Shown here: positions 38,523 to 46,890 of the stretch, piece after piece | Position numbering within the stretch: position 1 is the first letter of the stretch | How the letters are laid out: the number at the start of each line of letters is the position of its first letter | Assembly (NCBI GenBank): GCA_903927935.1 | Contig: CAIYOV010000293.1 | Coordinates: 1-46,890, forward strand | Origin: an uncultured Bacteroidota bacterium | GTDB lineage: Bacteria; Bacteroidota; Bacteroidia; Chitinophagales; LD1 | DNA: 46,890 nt | Reading direction: 5' to 3' | Notes under the pieces: model-generated | What the model was told of the DNA's origin: nothing | The model's input: the letters and a program-made list of their open reading frames with translations, nothing else | The model's database searches: none | Made by a program: the position numbers and the translations under genes

Positions 38523-40580
38523 TTACCGGATGATACTTCCGTTATTCGTTAAATCTTTTGGTGATACGAAATGAAGTTTTCCGGCTTCGTCCTCTGACAT
38601 TAAGATCATTCCCTTCGATTCGATACCCCTGAGTTTTCGCGGGGCAAGATTGGCCACCACCGAAACCTGAGTGCCTATTATATCTTCGGGTTTAAAGAAT
38701 TCGGCAATGCCTGAAACCACAGTGCGCACTTCATAACCTAAGTCGATAGTGAGCTTTAAAAGTTTATCGGCTTTCTCCACTTTTTCTGCGGTAAGAATGG
38801 TTCCTACGCGCAAATCAATTTTTGAAAAATCGTCATAAGTAATTTCACTTTTTACGTTTGCTTCCATCTTTTTATTTGCTTTTTCCTTTTTGTTGCCGTT
38901 TGTTGGTTTGCCTGCGTGCAGTTTGTCAATCTGCTTCTGAATTACTTCATCTTCTAATTTCTGGTAAAGCAACGCTGCCTTGCCAAGTTGATGACCGGGT
39001 TTCAATAAATCCTGTCTACCTCCATCGCTCCACTGATAATCTTCCGCTTTCAGATTAAGCATGGCGTATAGTTTTTTAGAAGTGAAAGGCAAAAACGGTT
39101 CTGAAAGAATGGCAAGGTTGGCAATTATCTGCAGGCAATCGTAAAGTGTAATGCCGGTGTCTTCCGGATTTGTTTTGAAAGTTTTCCAGGGTTCTTTCTC
39201 AGTCAATAATTTATTGCCGTGGCGCGCAATATTCATCAACTCGGATAAGGCATCGCGGAACTTGTAATGTTCAATTGAATCAGAAATTTTATCGCGCTGT
39301 TGAGTGATGAAAGTTTTTAGTTCCGAACATTCATTTGCCTGCGGCACCTTGCCTTCAAAATATTTATCTGTTAAAACAAGAACGCGATTTACTAAATTGC
39401 CGAAAATGGCCACCAGTTCGCTGTTCACACGGGTCTGATAATCTTTCCAGGTAAACTCCGAATCTTTTGTTTCGGGGGCAATGGAAGTAAGTACATAACG
39501 CAGTTCATCTACTTTGTCAGGAAACTCTTCGAGATACTCGTGCATCTCCACACTCCACTTTCTACTGGTGCTCATCTTGTCGCCTTCCAGATTCAAAAAT
39601 TCATTGGCAGGAACATTATCCGGCACAATGTAATCACCATGCATGTGCAGCATTACCGGAAAAATAATGCAGTGAAAAACAATGTTGTCTTTTCCTACAA
39701 AATGAACGAGACGTGTATCGCTGTCTTTCCAATATAATTCCCAACTCGTATTGTTTTCTTTTGCCCATTGTTTGGTGGCAGAAATATATCCTATGGGAGC
39801 ATCGAACCATACATATAAAACTTTTCCTTCAGCATCTTTCAGCGGAACTTTTACGCCCCACTCTCCATCGCGGGTCATGGCGCGGGGTTGCAACCCCGCA
39901 TCAATCCAGCTTTTCGATTGTCCGTAAACGTTCTGTTTCCAGTCTTTAGCATGGTCACGAATGAGCCAGCGTTTCAACCATGGTTCATATTCGTTCAGCG
40001 GTAAATACCAATGCTTCGTTTCGCGCAACACCGGTTTGTTGCCGCTTAAAGTTGATCGCGGATTTATCAACTCATTCGGAGAAAGTTCTTTGCCGCATTT
40101 TTCGCATTGGTCGCCAAATGCATTTTCATAGGCGCAGTTCGGGCAGGTGCCTACAATGTATCTATCGGCAAGAAAAACTTTTTTTTCTTCATCAAAATAT
40201 TGTTCGCTCGTTACTTCTTTAAACAAACCTTTGTTGTAGAAATCAAGAAAAAATTCCTGTGCAGTTTCATGATGCAACGGTTCTGAAGTGCGATGATAAA
40301 TGTCGAATGAAATGCCGAGTTTTTCAAAACTGTTTTTGGTGAGTGCGTGATATTTATCAATAATAGCCCGCGGTGTTGTATTCTCCTGTATTGCCTGAAT
40401 GGTGATGGCAGTTCCGTGTTCATCGCTTCCGCAAACAAAAACCACATCGCGTTTTTGCGCGCGCAGATAGCGCACATAAGTATCGGCCGGTAAATAGGCA
40501 CCCGCCAGATGACCAATGTGTTTAGGGCCGTTGGCATAAGGCAGGGCGGCAGTAACGGTATATCTTTTCCAATTCTTCAT
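38523..40580 (-). CDS. metG: methionine--tRNA ligase
   Basis: I start at the ATG 40580 (MKNWKRYTVTAALPYANGPKHIGHLAG, with the HIGH motif near the N-terminus). The tracked ORF adds 15 residues upstream. Zinc knuckle CPNC...CEKCG, KMSTS motif, and a C-terminal EMAP/Trbp111-like tRNA-binding domain (DLRVGTIL.AEKVEKADKLLKL). Confidence 0.95.
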   Translation of the reverse strand: MKNWKRYTVTAALPYANGPKHIGHLAGAYLPADTYVRYLRAQKRDVVFVCGSDEHGTAITIQAIQENTTPRAIIDKYHALTKNSFEKLGISFDIYHRTSEPLHHETAQEFFLDFYNKGLFKEVTSEQYFDEEKKVFLADRYIVGTCPNCAYENAFGDQCEKCGKELSPNELINPRSTLSGNKPVLRETKHWYLPLNEYEPWLKRWLIRDHAKDWKQNVYGQSKSWIDAGLQPRAMTRDGEWGVKVPLKDAEGKVLYVWFDAPIGYISATKQWAKENNTSWELYWKDSDTRLVHFVGKDNIVFHCIIFPVMLHMHGDYIVPDNVPANEFLNLEGDKMSTSRKWSVEMHEYLEEFPDKVDELRYVLTSIAPETKDSEFTWKDYQTRVNSELVAIFGNLVNRVLVLTDKYFEGKVPQANECSELKTFITQQRDKISDSIEHYKFRDALSELMNIARHGNKLLTEKEPWKTFKTNPEDTGITLYDCLQIIANLAILSEPFLPFTSKKLYAMLNLKAEDYQWSDGGRQDLLKPGHQLGKAALLYQKLEDEVIQKQIDKLHAGKPTNGNKKEKANKKMEANVKSEITYDDFSKIDLRVGTILTAEKVEKADKLLKLTIDLGYEVRTVVSGIAEFFKPEDIIGTQVSVVANLAPRKLRGIESKGMILMSEDEAGKLHFVSPKDLTNNGSIIR

Positions 40581-40644
40581 TGCTGGCGAAGTTGAAAATT
40601 TAGAACAAACCCGCAAAGACGTCAAGAGTTTTATTTTCGTCTAC

Positions 40645-41541
40645 ATGTTGTTACGTCCACCGTCATTACAAAAAGGAGATTCGGTTTACATCCTTAGTAC
40701 CGCTAAAAAAATTTCTAATGAAGAAATTGCCTGCGCGGTGGAAACACTCAAAAGCTGGGGATTGAATGTTATTGTTGGAAAGACAATCGGTGCAGAATTA
40801 AACCAGTTTGCAGGTGAAGACGCCCTGCGCAGAGAAGATTTTCAGCATGCGCTGGATGATTCCAATATCAAAGCTATTATCTGCGCCAGGGGGGGCTACG
40901 GCACAGTGCGTATGATGGACGATTTGAACTTTGATGAGTTTATGAAACATCCGAAATGGATAGTGGGCTTCAGCGATGTTACTTATCTGCACACACATAT
41001 TTCGAATAACATAGGCACTATGGGGCTACATGCTCAAATGCCTATTCAGTTTGAACAGAGCACTCCCGAAGCTACCGAAAGTTTACGGAAAGAATTATTT
41101 GGCGAGAGGAACGAATACATCATCGCCCCGCACGAATTGAACCGGAAAGGAGAAGCAGAAGGAATTTTAATAGGAGGGAACCTTTCTATCCTCTATTCCA
41201 TTACCGGAACAAGAAGTGGTATGAACACCGACCGGAAAATTTTATTTCTGGAAGACCTCGATGAATATCTCTACCATATTGACCGGATGATGATGAACCT
41301 TAAACGTTCGGGAAAACTACAAGGGCTTGCCGGTTTAATTGTTGGCAGTTTTACCGATATGCACGACAACAAAATCCCATTCGGTAAAAACGCTTACGAA
41401 ATTATTCTGGAGCATGTAAGTGAATACAACTTTCCGGTGTGTTTTAATTTTCCGGCAGGACATGTTCCTGATAATAAGGCATTGGTGATTGGCAAAACTT
41501 ACAAGATGCAGGTTGGGAAAGATTCAGTAAAGGTTTTTTGA
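40645..41541 (+). CDS. LD-carboxypeptidase (peptidase S66, LdcA/MccF-like)
   Basis: 298 aa. IICARGGYG, nucleophile motif GFSDVT, FLED and a C-terminal FPAGH motif match the S66 Ser-Glu-His arrangement. Confidence 0.85.
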   Translation: MLLRPPSLQKGDSVYILSTAKKISNEEIACAVETLKSWGLNVIVGKTIGAELNQFAGEDALRREDFQHALDDSNIKAIICARGGYGTVRMMDDLNFDEFMKHPKWIVGFSDVTYLHTHISNNIGTMGLHAQMPIQFEQSTPEATESLRKELFGERNEYIIAPHELNRKGEAEGILIGGNLSILYSITGTRSGMNTDRKILFLEDLDEYLYHIDRMMMNLKRSGKLQGLAGLIVGSFTDMHDNKIPFGKNAYEIILEHVSEYNFPVCFNFPAGHVPDNKALVIGKTYKMQVGKDSVKVF

Positions 41542-42101
41542 TGGAAAGTTACCTGGAATACACAGCTGTTGCATTCGGGGTAATTTATGTGCTGCTGGCT
41601 TCGCGCAGTAACATTTGGTGCTGGTTAATGGGAAGTATCAGTTCGGCACTTTATATCTATATCAATATAACGCATCAGCTTTTTCAGGATGCTATTCTTC
41701 AGACATATTATTTATTGGCTGGTTTTTACGGATGGTGGCTTTGGAGCAAAAAAGGAAATATTGAAGATGAAATAAACATTCATTCATTTTCACTTCAACA
41801 AAATCTGAAACTCATTTTCTTCGGAGCTTTGCTGGTTCCTGTTTTCGGTTTTGTGTTTGCCAAACTCGGCAATTCACTTTCTTATTTCGATTCGACCGTA
41901 ACAGTATTTAGTTTTATTGCCACCTGGATGACGGCAAAAAAAATTCTGGAGAACTGGTATTACTGGGTGGTGATTGATTTAGTGGCGGCTGTCATGTATC
42001 TTATAAAGGGGCTTCATGCTACTTCGCTGCTGTATATTTTCTTCTCTATTATTTCAGTGTATGGTTATCTGGAGTGGCGAAAAAAAATCTCAGTGGAATG
42101 A
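41541..42101 (+). CDS. pnuC: nicotinamide riboside transporter PnuC family protein
   Basis: About 186 aa, polytopic and Trp-rich (WCW, GWWLW, YLEWRK), with the length and pattern of the PnuC family. The ATG at 41541 overlaps the upstream TGA (TGATG); the tracked TTG at 41538 is less likely. Confidence 0.8.
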   Translation: MESYLEYTAVAFGVIYVLLASRSNIWCWLMGSISSALYIYINITHQLFQDAILQTYYLLAGFYGWWLWSKKGNIEDEINIHSFSLQQNLKLIFFGALLVPVFGFVFAKLGNSLSYFDSTVTVFSFIATWMTAKKILENWYYWVVIDLVAAVMYLIKGLHATSLLYIFFSIISVYGYLEWRKKISVE

Positions 42102-42628
42102 TTTCAAGAATCACTATTACAGGAACTGAATCAACAGGTAAGTCAACGTTGGCCGAAAAACTTGCCGGGCATTACAAAACCGTTTTTGTTCCTGATTATT
42201 CCCGCGATTATATTTCGCTTCTTGAGCGAAGATACAACCATACCGATGTATTGCACATAGCGAAAGGTATTATAGAAGAAGAAAATAAAATGGCTCACTA
42301 CGCCCATCATATTTTTTTCAGCGATAACGACCTCATCAATATTAAAATATGGCTACGGCATTATAAATGGGCGGTGCCGGGTTGGTTAGAAGACCAAATT
42401 TTAAAACGCAAAAGTGATTTGTATTTGCTTTGTGATGTAGACCTTCCCTGGATTGCTGATGAACAACGCCAAAACCCAAATGATCGTGCAGAATTATTTA
42501 ACCAATTTAAAAATGAATTGGTTGGCATACACGCAAATTTTGAAATTGTTAGCGGAACCAATCCAAAGCTTAGGCTAAACGGGGCGGTGGGTTTTGTTGA
42601 TCATTTGCTCTCGTCCAAAGTGTACTAA
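42098..42628 (+). CDS. AAA-type ATPase / NadR-like ribosylnicotinamide kinase domain protein
   Basis: Walker A motif ITGTESTGKSTLAEKLA close to the N-terminus. The size and the adjacency to pnuC fit the NadR C-terminal kinase module. The ATG at 42098 overlaps the pnuC stop (ATGA). Confidence 0.7.
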   Translation: MISRITITGTESTGKSTLAEKLAGHYKTVFVPDYSRDYISLLERRYNHTDVLHIAKGIIEEENKMAHYAHHIFFSDNDLINIKIWLRHYKWAVPGWLEDQILKRKSDLYLLCDVDLPWIADEQRQNPNDRAELFNQFKNELVGIHANFEIVSGTNPKLRLNGAVGFVDHLLSSKVY

Positions 42629-42699
42629 GGTTATTTCGGCCAAGACTTTGGGAACAAAATCAATTCTGTTCCGTAAACAACGGGACTGAATCAATTTGA

Positions 42700-44499
42700 A
42701 TGAACGATACACTTGGTAAACAATCTGCCGTAGCCGAAAATGTTGAAGCGCTTATTGCTGCGCTTGAGGCACGCAAAAAGGAACGTGACACTACCTGTGC
42801 ACATCTTGGGTTAGAGGCCTATCAATTGGCAAAAGATTCATCTGACGATAAAACACTTTTGATAAAGGCAGCTACTGCTCTTACCCACTATTTTACTGAT
42901 ATAACAAGCGAGTTTGATAAAGCGGTGCTTTATATCAAAGAAGTTATCGGAATGTTGGATAGTGAATCGTATGCGGAGCCTAAATCGGAATTTTATAGAC
43001 GCCTTGGATTGAATTATGACTATCTGGGTGAACTTATTGAATCGAAACAGGCATACGACCAATCGGTTTTACTACTTGAAAATAAAGAGAATTTATCCGA
43101 AACTGGTTTTCTCACTTTGGCAAGATCGCTGTTCAACGAATCGATTATTTATGGCGATTTAGGCTTAGATACCTTAAAGAAGGATTACCTGCATCGTGCG
43201 TTCGGATATTTCCAGAAAGCCAACTATCAACAAGGTATTTCACGTTGTTACATTTCGTTTGGAGTGGATTCATACAACAGAAAAGAAATACAAAAATCGA
43301 TTTCTTTTTATGAAAAAGCTATAGCTATTGCTGAGCCAATGAAAGACATACCCCCATATTGTATTGCAATGGGTAATTCGGGAATTGTATATGCCGAATT
43401 AGGAGAAAAGGGAAAAGCAGTAAGTTGTGCTGAGAAATCTATTGCTCAGGTAAAGAACCAAACCAATAAGCATTTTGAACTGAGCATTTATCAGATGGCA
43501 GGTCGTGTTTATCAACTGGTTCAGGATTTTGAAAAGGCCGATTTTTGGTTTGGCGAAGCAGATGTACTGTATATCCAGATGGGAAAAGTAATAGACAATT
43601 TTGAGCTGTTAAGGTTTTGGGCAGAGAGTCTTCATTCGCTTGGCAGACATCAAGAGGCTTACCAGAAAATGGTTCGGTTTATGGATCAGAGAGAGGAATT
43701 GCATAAGCTGAATAAGCAGGCTGAATTAAGCGATGCCACATTGAAGTTTCAATATGAGGAGGGAAAGAAAGAACAGGAGTTGCTGAAAAAGAAAAACGCT
43801 GAAATAGAGGAGTACGCACATAAGTTAGAGATGTCAAACTTCGAATTAAATCAGTTTGCACATGTGGCTTCTCATGACATGAAAGAGCCATTGCGAACAA
43901 TTTCGAATTACGCCCAGCTACTGACAAAGACATTAAATACCGATTTAGAAGTTGATCAAAGAGATTACCTCCACTATATAAATGATGGGGCAAAACGAAT
44001 GATGAATGTGATACAAAGTTTACTGCAACTTTCGAAAATCGATTCTGCCCTTAAAAAACATGAGATAGAAATGGAAGAGGTAGTAGAAGATGTAAGGCTT
44101 ATGCTCAAATTGAATATTGAAGACAAGAAAGCAATCGTGCAATCAACCCGCCTACCAAAAATAGTTGCAGACCGGCCTTATATCACACAGTTAATTCAAA
44201 ACCTTATAGGCAACGGAATAAAATATAACGAAAGCGGAGCCCCAAAAATTGAAATCAGTTGTCATGAAAAGGATAATGCTTATTGCTTTGAAGTTTCAGA
44301 TAACGGTATTGGTATTGCACAGCAATACCGCGAAAAGGTTTTCATCATTTTTCAGCGTCTACATCACCGGAATGAATATGATGGAACCGGTATAGGACTA
44401 TCTATATGCAAAAAAATTGTTGAATCCCTCGGAGGAAAAATATGGATTGAAGATTCTCCCTTAGGCGGAACCAAGGTTTGCTTTACCATCCCCAAATAA
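42700..44499 (+). CDS. soluble sensor histidine kinase with N-terminal TPR-like repeats, coiled coil, HisKA and HATPase_c domains
   Basis: 599 aa with no transmembrane segment. TPR-like helices (..YDYLGELIESKQAYDQS.., ..SISFYEKAIAIAE.., ..GIVYAELGEKGKAVSCAEKSI..). H-box FAHVASHDMKEPLRTI, N-box LIGNGIKYN, G-boxes DNGIGI and GTGIGLSICKKIV. Confidence 0.85.
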   Translation: MNDTLGKQSAVAENVEALIAALEARKKERDTTCAHLGLEAYQLAKDSSDDKTLLIKAATALTHYFTDITSEFDKAVLYIKEVIGMLDSESYAEPKSEFYRRLGLNYDYLGELIESKQAYDQSVLLLENKENLSETGFLTLARSLFNESIIYGDLGLDTLKKDYLHRAFGYFQKANYQQGISRCYISFGVDSYNRKEIQKSISFYEKAIAIAEPMKDIPPYCIAMGNSGIVYAELGEKGKAVSCAEKSIAQVKNQTNKHFELSIYQMAGRVYQLVQDFEKADFWFGEADVLYIQMGKVIDNFELLRFWAESLHSLGRHQEAYQKMVRFMDQREELHKLNKQAELSDATLKFQYEEGKKEQELLKKKNAEIEEYAHKLEMSNFELNQFAHVASHDMKEPLRTISNYAQLLTKTLNTDLEVDQRDYLHYINDGAKRMMNVIQSLLQLSKIDSALKKHEIEMEEVVEDVRLMLKLNIEDKKAIVQSTRLPKIVADRPYITQLIQNLIGNGIKYNESGAPKIEISCHEKDNAYCFEVSDNGIGIAQQYREKVFIIFQRLHHRNEYDGTGIGLSICKKIVESLGGKIWIEDSPLGGTKVCFTIPK

Positions 44500-44583
44500 A
44501 TTTACCGGCCCTATTGATTACAGTTTGTTACACCGATGTGCAACAACCGAGTAATCACTGCTTTTTTCTGTAACATCATTTTA

Positions 44584-44591
44584 TACATTTG
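44584..44591 (+). promoter_or_regulatory. candidate Bacteroidota sigma-A -7 box (TAnnTTTG)
   Basis: TACATTTG matches the TAnnTTTG consensus and lies a few nt upstream of the first riboswitch stem. No convincing -33 TTTG element was identified. Confidence 0.35.
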
Positions 44592-44597
44592 TGTCAA

Positions 44598-44685
44598 CTT
44601 TCTGGGGGCGTTTCTATGCGTAAGTTTAGAATCTGAGAAGAACCCTTCGAACCTGAACATGGTAATTCATGCGAAGGGAAGAGAG
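44598..44685 (+). promoter_or_regulatory. TPP (THI-box) riboswitch
   Basis: CTTTCT-GGGGGCG...AATCTGAGAAGAACCCTTCGAACCTGAACATGGTAATTCATGCGAAGGGAAGAGAG carries the conserved GGGG(U/G)GC, CUGAGA, ACCC, ACCUGA, and GCG.AGGGAA elements. P1 can form between CTTTCT (44598-603) and AGAGAG (44680-85). A weak hairpin plus T7 tract follows (44687-44707). Confidence 0.85.
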
Positions 44686-44748
44686 ACGAGTTACTCGCCT
44701 TTTTTTCGAAACTATTTCTTCTACCTCTCTGGATAAAACTTATTCGCT

Positions 44749-46890
44749 ATGAAAAAGATTTTATTCTTTCTGGTGCTTGTGCAAAATGTATTCGCTCAAA
44801 CCGATTCTTCCACTCTAAAAATTGATTCGGCTAAAACCATTTTTAAAGATGATGTTTTCATCTTTTCTACAAGAGCCGGAGATAACACTCCAACCACTTT
44901 TCAAACTATCGACAAAGAAGCACTGAACAAGAACAACCTTGGACAAGATTTACCTTTTCTATTAGATAATACTCCTTCCGTAGTTACCACCTCTGATGCA
45001 GGAGCTGGTGTTGGTTATACCGGAATCAGAATTCGGGGAAGCGATAATACCCGCGTGAATGTCACTCTTAACGGTATACCGGTAAACGATGCGGAAAGCC
45101 AGGGAACGTATTGGGTTGATTTACCGGATGTGGTTTCGTCAGCTCAGAATATTCAAATACAAAGGGGCATCGGTTCTTCAACAAACGGTGGTAGTGCTTT
45201 TGGGGGAACGCTAAGCATGCAAACACAAATGCCATCTCAAAAACCTTTTGTAGAAGCGAATGTTTCTGGCGGCTCTTTCAATACGTTTAAAATAAACGGC
45301 AAAATAGGTACTGGTATACACAAGGGTTTTTTCTTTGAAGGCTCTGCATCATGGATTACTTCGGACGGATACATTCAGCGTGCTTTTTCTAATCTGCGCT
45401 CTTACTTTTCGCAAATTGGATATATGAAGAACAATACTTTATTGAAACTCGTGTACTTTGCCGGACAGGAAAAAACCTATCAGGCATGGGATGGCGTGCC
45501 GCAGGATTCTTTGAAAACCAACCGCAGGTTTAATGATTTGGGAACGGACTACGGTCAGCACTTTCCTGCTTACAAAAACCAAACCGATAATTACTCGCAA
45601 GATTATTTCCAATTGCTCTTTACACAACGCTTCGCTTCTTTTATAAACTTTAATGCCGGTTTGTTTGCCACCCTTGGCCATGGTTATTATGAAGAATATA
45701 AAGTAGGGCAGACCTTCAATAATTATTTCGAGAATCACGATACGCTTGGAACAGCTACTGATTTAGTTCGTCAGAAATGGCTGAAGAATATTTTTTACGG
45801 AGGAACTTTTGCGTTGAATTACGAGCGCATAAACATTTCAGCAACTTTGGGCGGTTTAATGGGGCAATATCGTGGTGAGAACTTTGGCAAAGTAATCTGG
45901 GCGCAGGGTGTTTCAGACTTTGACAAGAACACCAAGTATTACGATGGACACTCTATCAAGAATGACTTTAATGTGTATGCCAAATTCAACTACGAGTTGC
46001 TGCATAAAATAAATTTCTACCTCGACTTACAATACCGCTATGTGGGCTATACCGCTAATGGTATTGATGATGATAAATCGAATTACACGTTTACGAACCA
46101 TTGGCATTTCTTCAATCCTAAGGCAGGAATACTTTATAAGATAAAGCCGCAGCATCATATTTATGCTTCGTATTCTTTGGGTAACCGCGAGCCTAACCGC
46201 GATGACGTATTGGCTGCTATGGCGCAGAATAAAACGGTGAAGCCGGAAACCATGCACAATGTGGAGTTAGGTTATAAAGGGGCATTCTATCACGGCATGG
46301 AAAGAATAGCTGAACTTCGGGTGAATTATTATTTAATGCAGTATAAAGACCAGTTGGTGCTGACCGGCAGATTAAATGATGTAGGCAATCCGATTAAAGA
46401 AAACGTGCCGGTGAGTTACAGAACAGGAGTGGAGTGGAGCGGAAGTTTTAATTTCTTTTTCGCAAAAAAATATCTTGGTGCTGTTGTTGAAAGTAGAAAA
46501 GTTTTTGCTATCAATTACAACTTCGCCTACTCGCTCAACAAAATAAAATCCTTCGATGAATACATTTACACCTATGACGATTACTACTCACCTGTAGATT
46601 CACTCACACAAATCATCACGCACAAAAGCACCAACATTTCTTTTTCACCAAGCATTGTTGCTTCGCTTGAGTTAGTGGCTTATCCCGTAAAAGGTTTGGA
46701 GATTAGTTTAACGAACAAGGCGGTGAGCAAACAATATCTCGACAACACATCGAATGAAAGCAGAAAGATCAAGCCCTTCTATTATTCAAATTTCCACATC
46801 AGTTACAAACTGCCTTTAAAGCGCGATGACAAGGAGATTAAATTCACTTTGCTGTTCAATAACATCTTCAATCACCTCTACGAAAGCAAC
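44749..46890 (+). CDS. TonB-dependent outer-membrane receptor, probably thiamine-related (3-prime end beyond the window)
   Basis: Manual translation from the ATG 44749 gives MKKILFFLVLVQNVFAQ (signal), then plug-domain motifs DLPFLLDNTPSVVTTSDAGAGVGYTGIRIRGSDNTRVNVTLNGIPVNDAESQG.YWVDLPD....IQIQRG.GSSTNG. The frame stays open for 714 codons to the window edge. It sits immediately downstream of the TPP riboswitch. Confidence 0.9.
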   Translation, partial: MKKILFFLVLVQNVFAQTDSSTLKIDSAKTIFKDDVFIFSTRAGDNTPTTFQTIDKEALNKNNLGQDLPFLLDNTPSVVTTSDAGAGVGYTGIRIRGSDNTRVNVTLNGIPVNDAESQGTYWVDLPDVVSSAQNIQIQRGIGSSTNGGSAFGGTLSMQTQMPSQKPFVEANVSGGSFNTFKINGKIGTGIHKGFFFEGSASWITSDGYIQRAFSNLRSYFSQIGYMKNNTLLKLVYFAGQEKTYQAWDGVPQDSLKTNRRFNDLGTDYGQHFPAYKNQTDNYSQDYFQLLFTQRFASFINFNAGLFATLGHGYYEEYKVGQTFNNYFENHDTLGTATDLVRQKWLKNIFYGGTFALNYERINISATLGGLMGQYRGENFGKVIWAQGVSDFDKNTKYYDGHSIKNDFNVYAKFNYELLHKINFYLDLQYRYVGYTANGIDDDKSNYTFTNHWHFFNPKAGILYKIKPQHHIYASYSLGNREPNRDDVLAAMAQNKTVKPETMHNVELGYKGAFYHGMERIAELRVNYYLMQYKDQLVLTGRLNDVGNPIKENVPVSYRTGVEWSGSFNFFFAKKYLGAVVESRKVFAINYNFAYSLNKIKSFDEYIYTYDDYYSPVDSLTQIITHKSTNISFSPSIVASLELVAYPVKGLEISLTNKAVSKQYLDNTSNESRKIKPFYYSNFHISYKLPLKRDDKEIKFTLLFNNIFNHLYESN

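Noticed and set aside
40581-40625. 15-codon upstream extension of metG, and similarly 35535-35636 for the beta-barrel gene
   Set aside because: The downstream ATGs give canonical N-termini: the HIGH region near residue 20 for MetG, and a clean signal peptide for the outer-membrane protein.
44536-44736. 66-aa ORF in the region upstream of the TonB-dependent receptor
   Set aside because: It overlaps the TPP riboswitch aptamer, which explains the sequence conservation better. The translation is hydrophobic low-complexity with no support.
45439-46257. Minus-strand ORFs 45439..45738 and 46027..46257
   Set aside because: Both lie inside the TonB-dependent receptor reading frame, which is open for 714 codons and has clear plug-domain motifs.

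Overview
This is a chromosomal segment from a Bacteroidota genome with gliding motility and a type IX secretion system (T9SS). The phylum call rests on GldH, PorP/SprF and five proteins carrying T9SS C-terminal sorting domains. Gene content from left to right:
- A truncated sterol-desaturase-family gene, then PSP1/RicT and gldH.
- A 1265-aa SprB-repeat surface protein (T9SS type B) and an unknown secreted protein.
- gyrB.
- Two giant secreted metalloproteases, one M43 and one M4, that share a C-terminal cassette.
- A translationally coupled SBBP/PKD adhesin and PorP/SprF pair.
- A TetR-headed beta-oxidation operon: bifunctional HADH/ECH, a small lipoprotein, thiolase and two tandem about 600-aa acyl-CoA dehydrogenases, one of them frameshifted.
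- A PlsC-like acyltransferase and an alpha/beta hydrolase.
- A three-gene block of unknown function, two of its products predicted envelope or outer-membrane proteins.
- A T9SS esterase and metG.
- An LD-carboxypeptidase, pnuC and NadR-like kinase cluster.
- A soluble TPR histidine kinase.
- A TPP riboswitch in front of a truncated TonB-dependent receptor.

No transposase, integrase, CRISPR array, tRNA or rRNA was seen.

The least explained signals are two intergenic arrays, each 12 units of exactly 21 bp (252 bp). The first (9166-9417) has an invariant TGCGCG core and lies upstream of the M43 protease gene. The second (36822-37073) is built from 16-bp dyads (GGACT-N6-AGTCC) separated by AACTT spacers, and sits between two convergent terminators with no gene attached. 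I cannot assign either to a known element class. They look like phased protein-binding arrays (iteron-like or centromere-like) or relics of heptad-repeat coding sequence.
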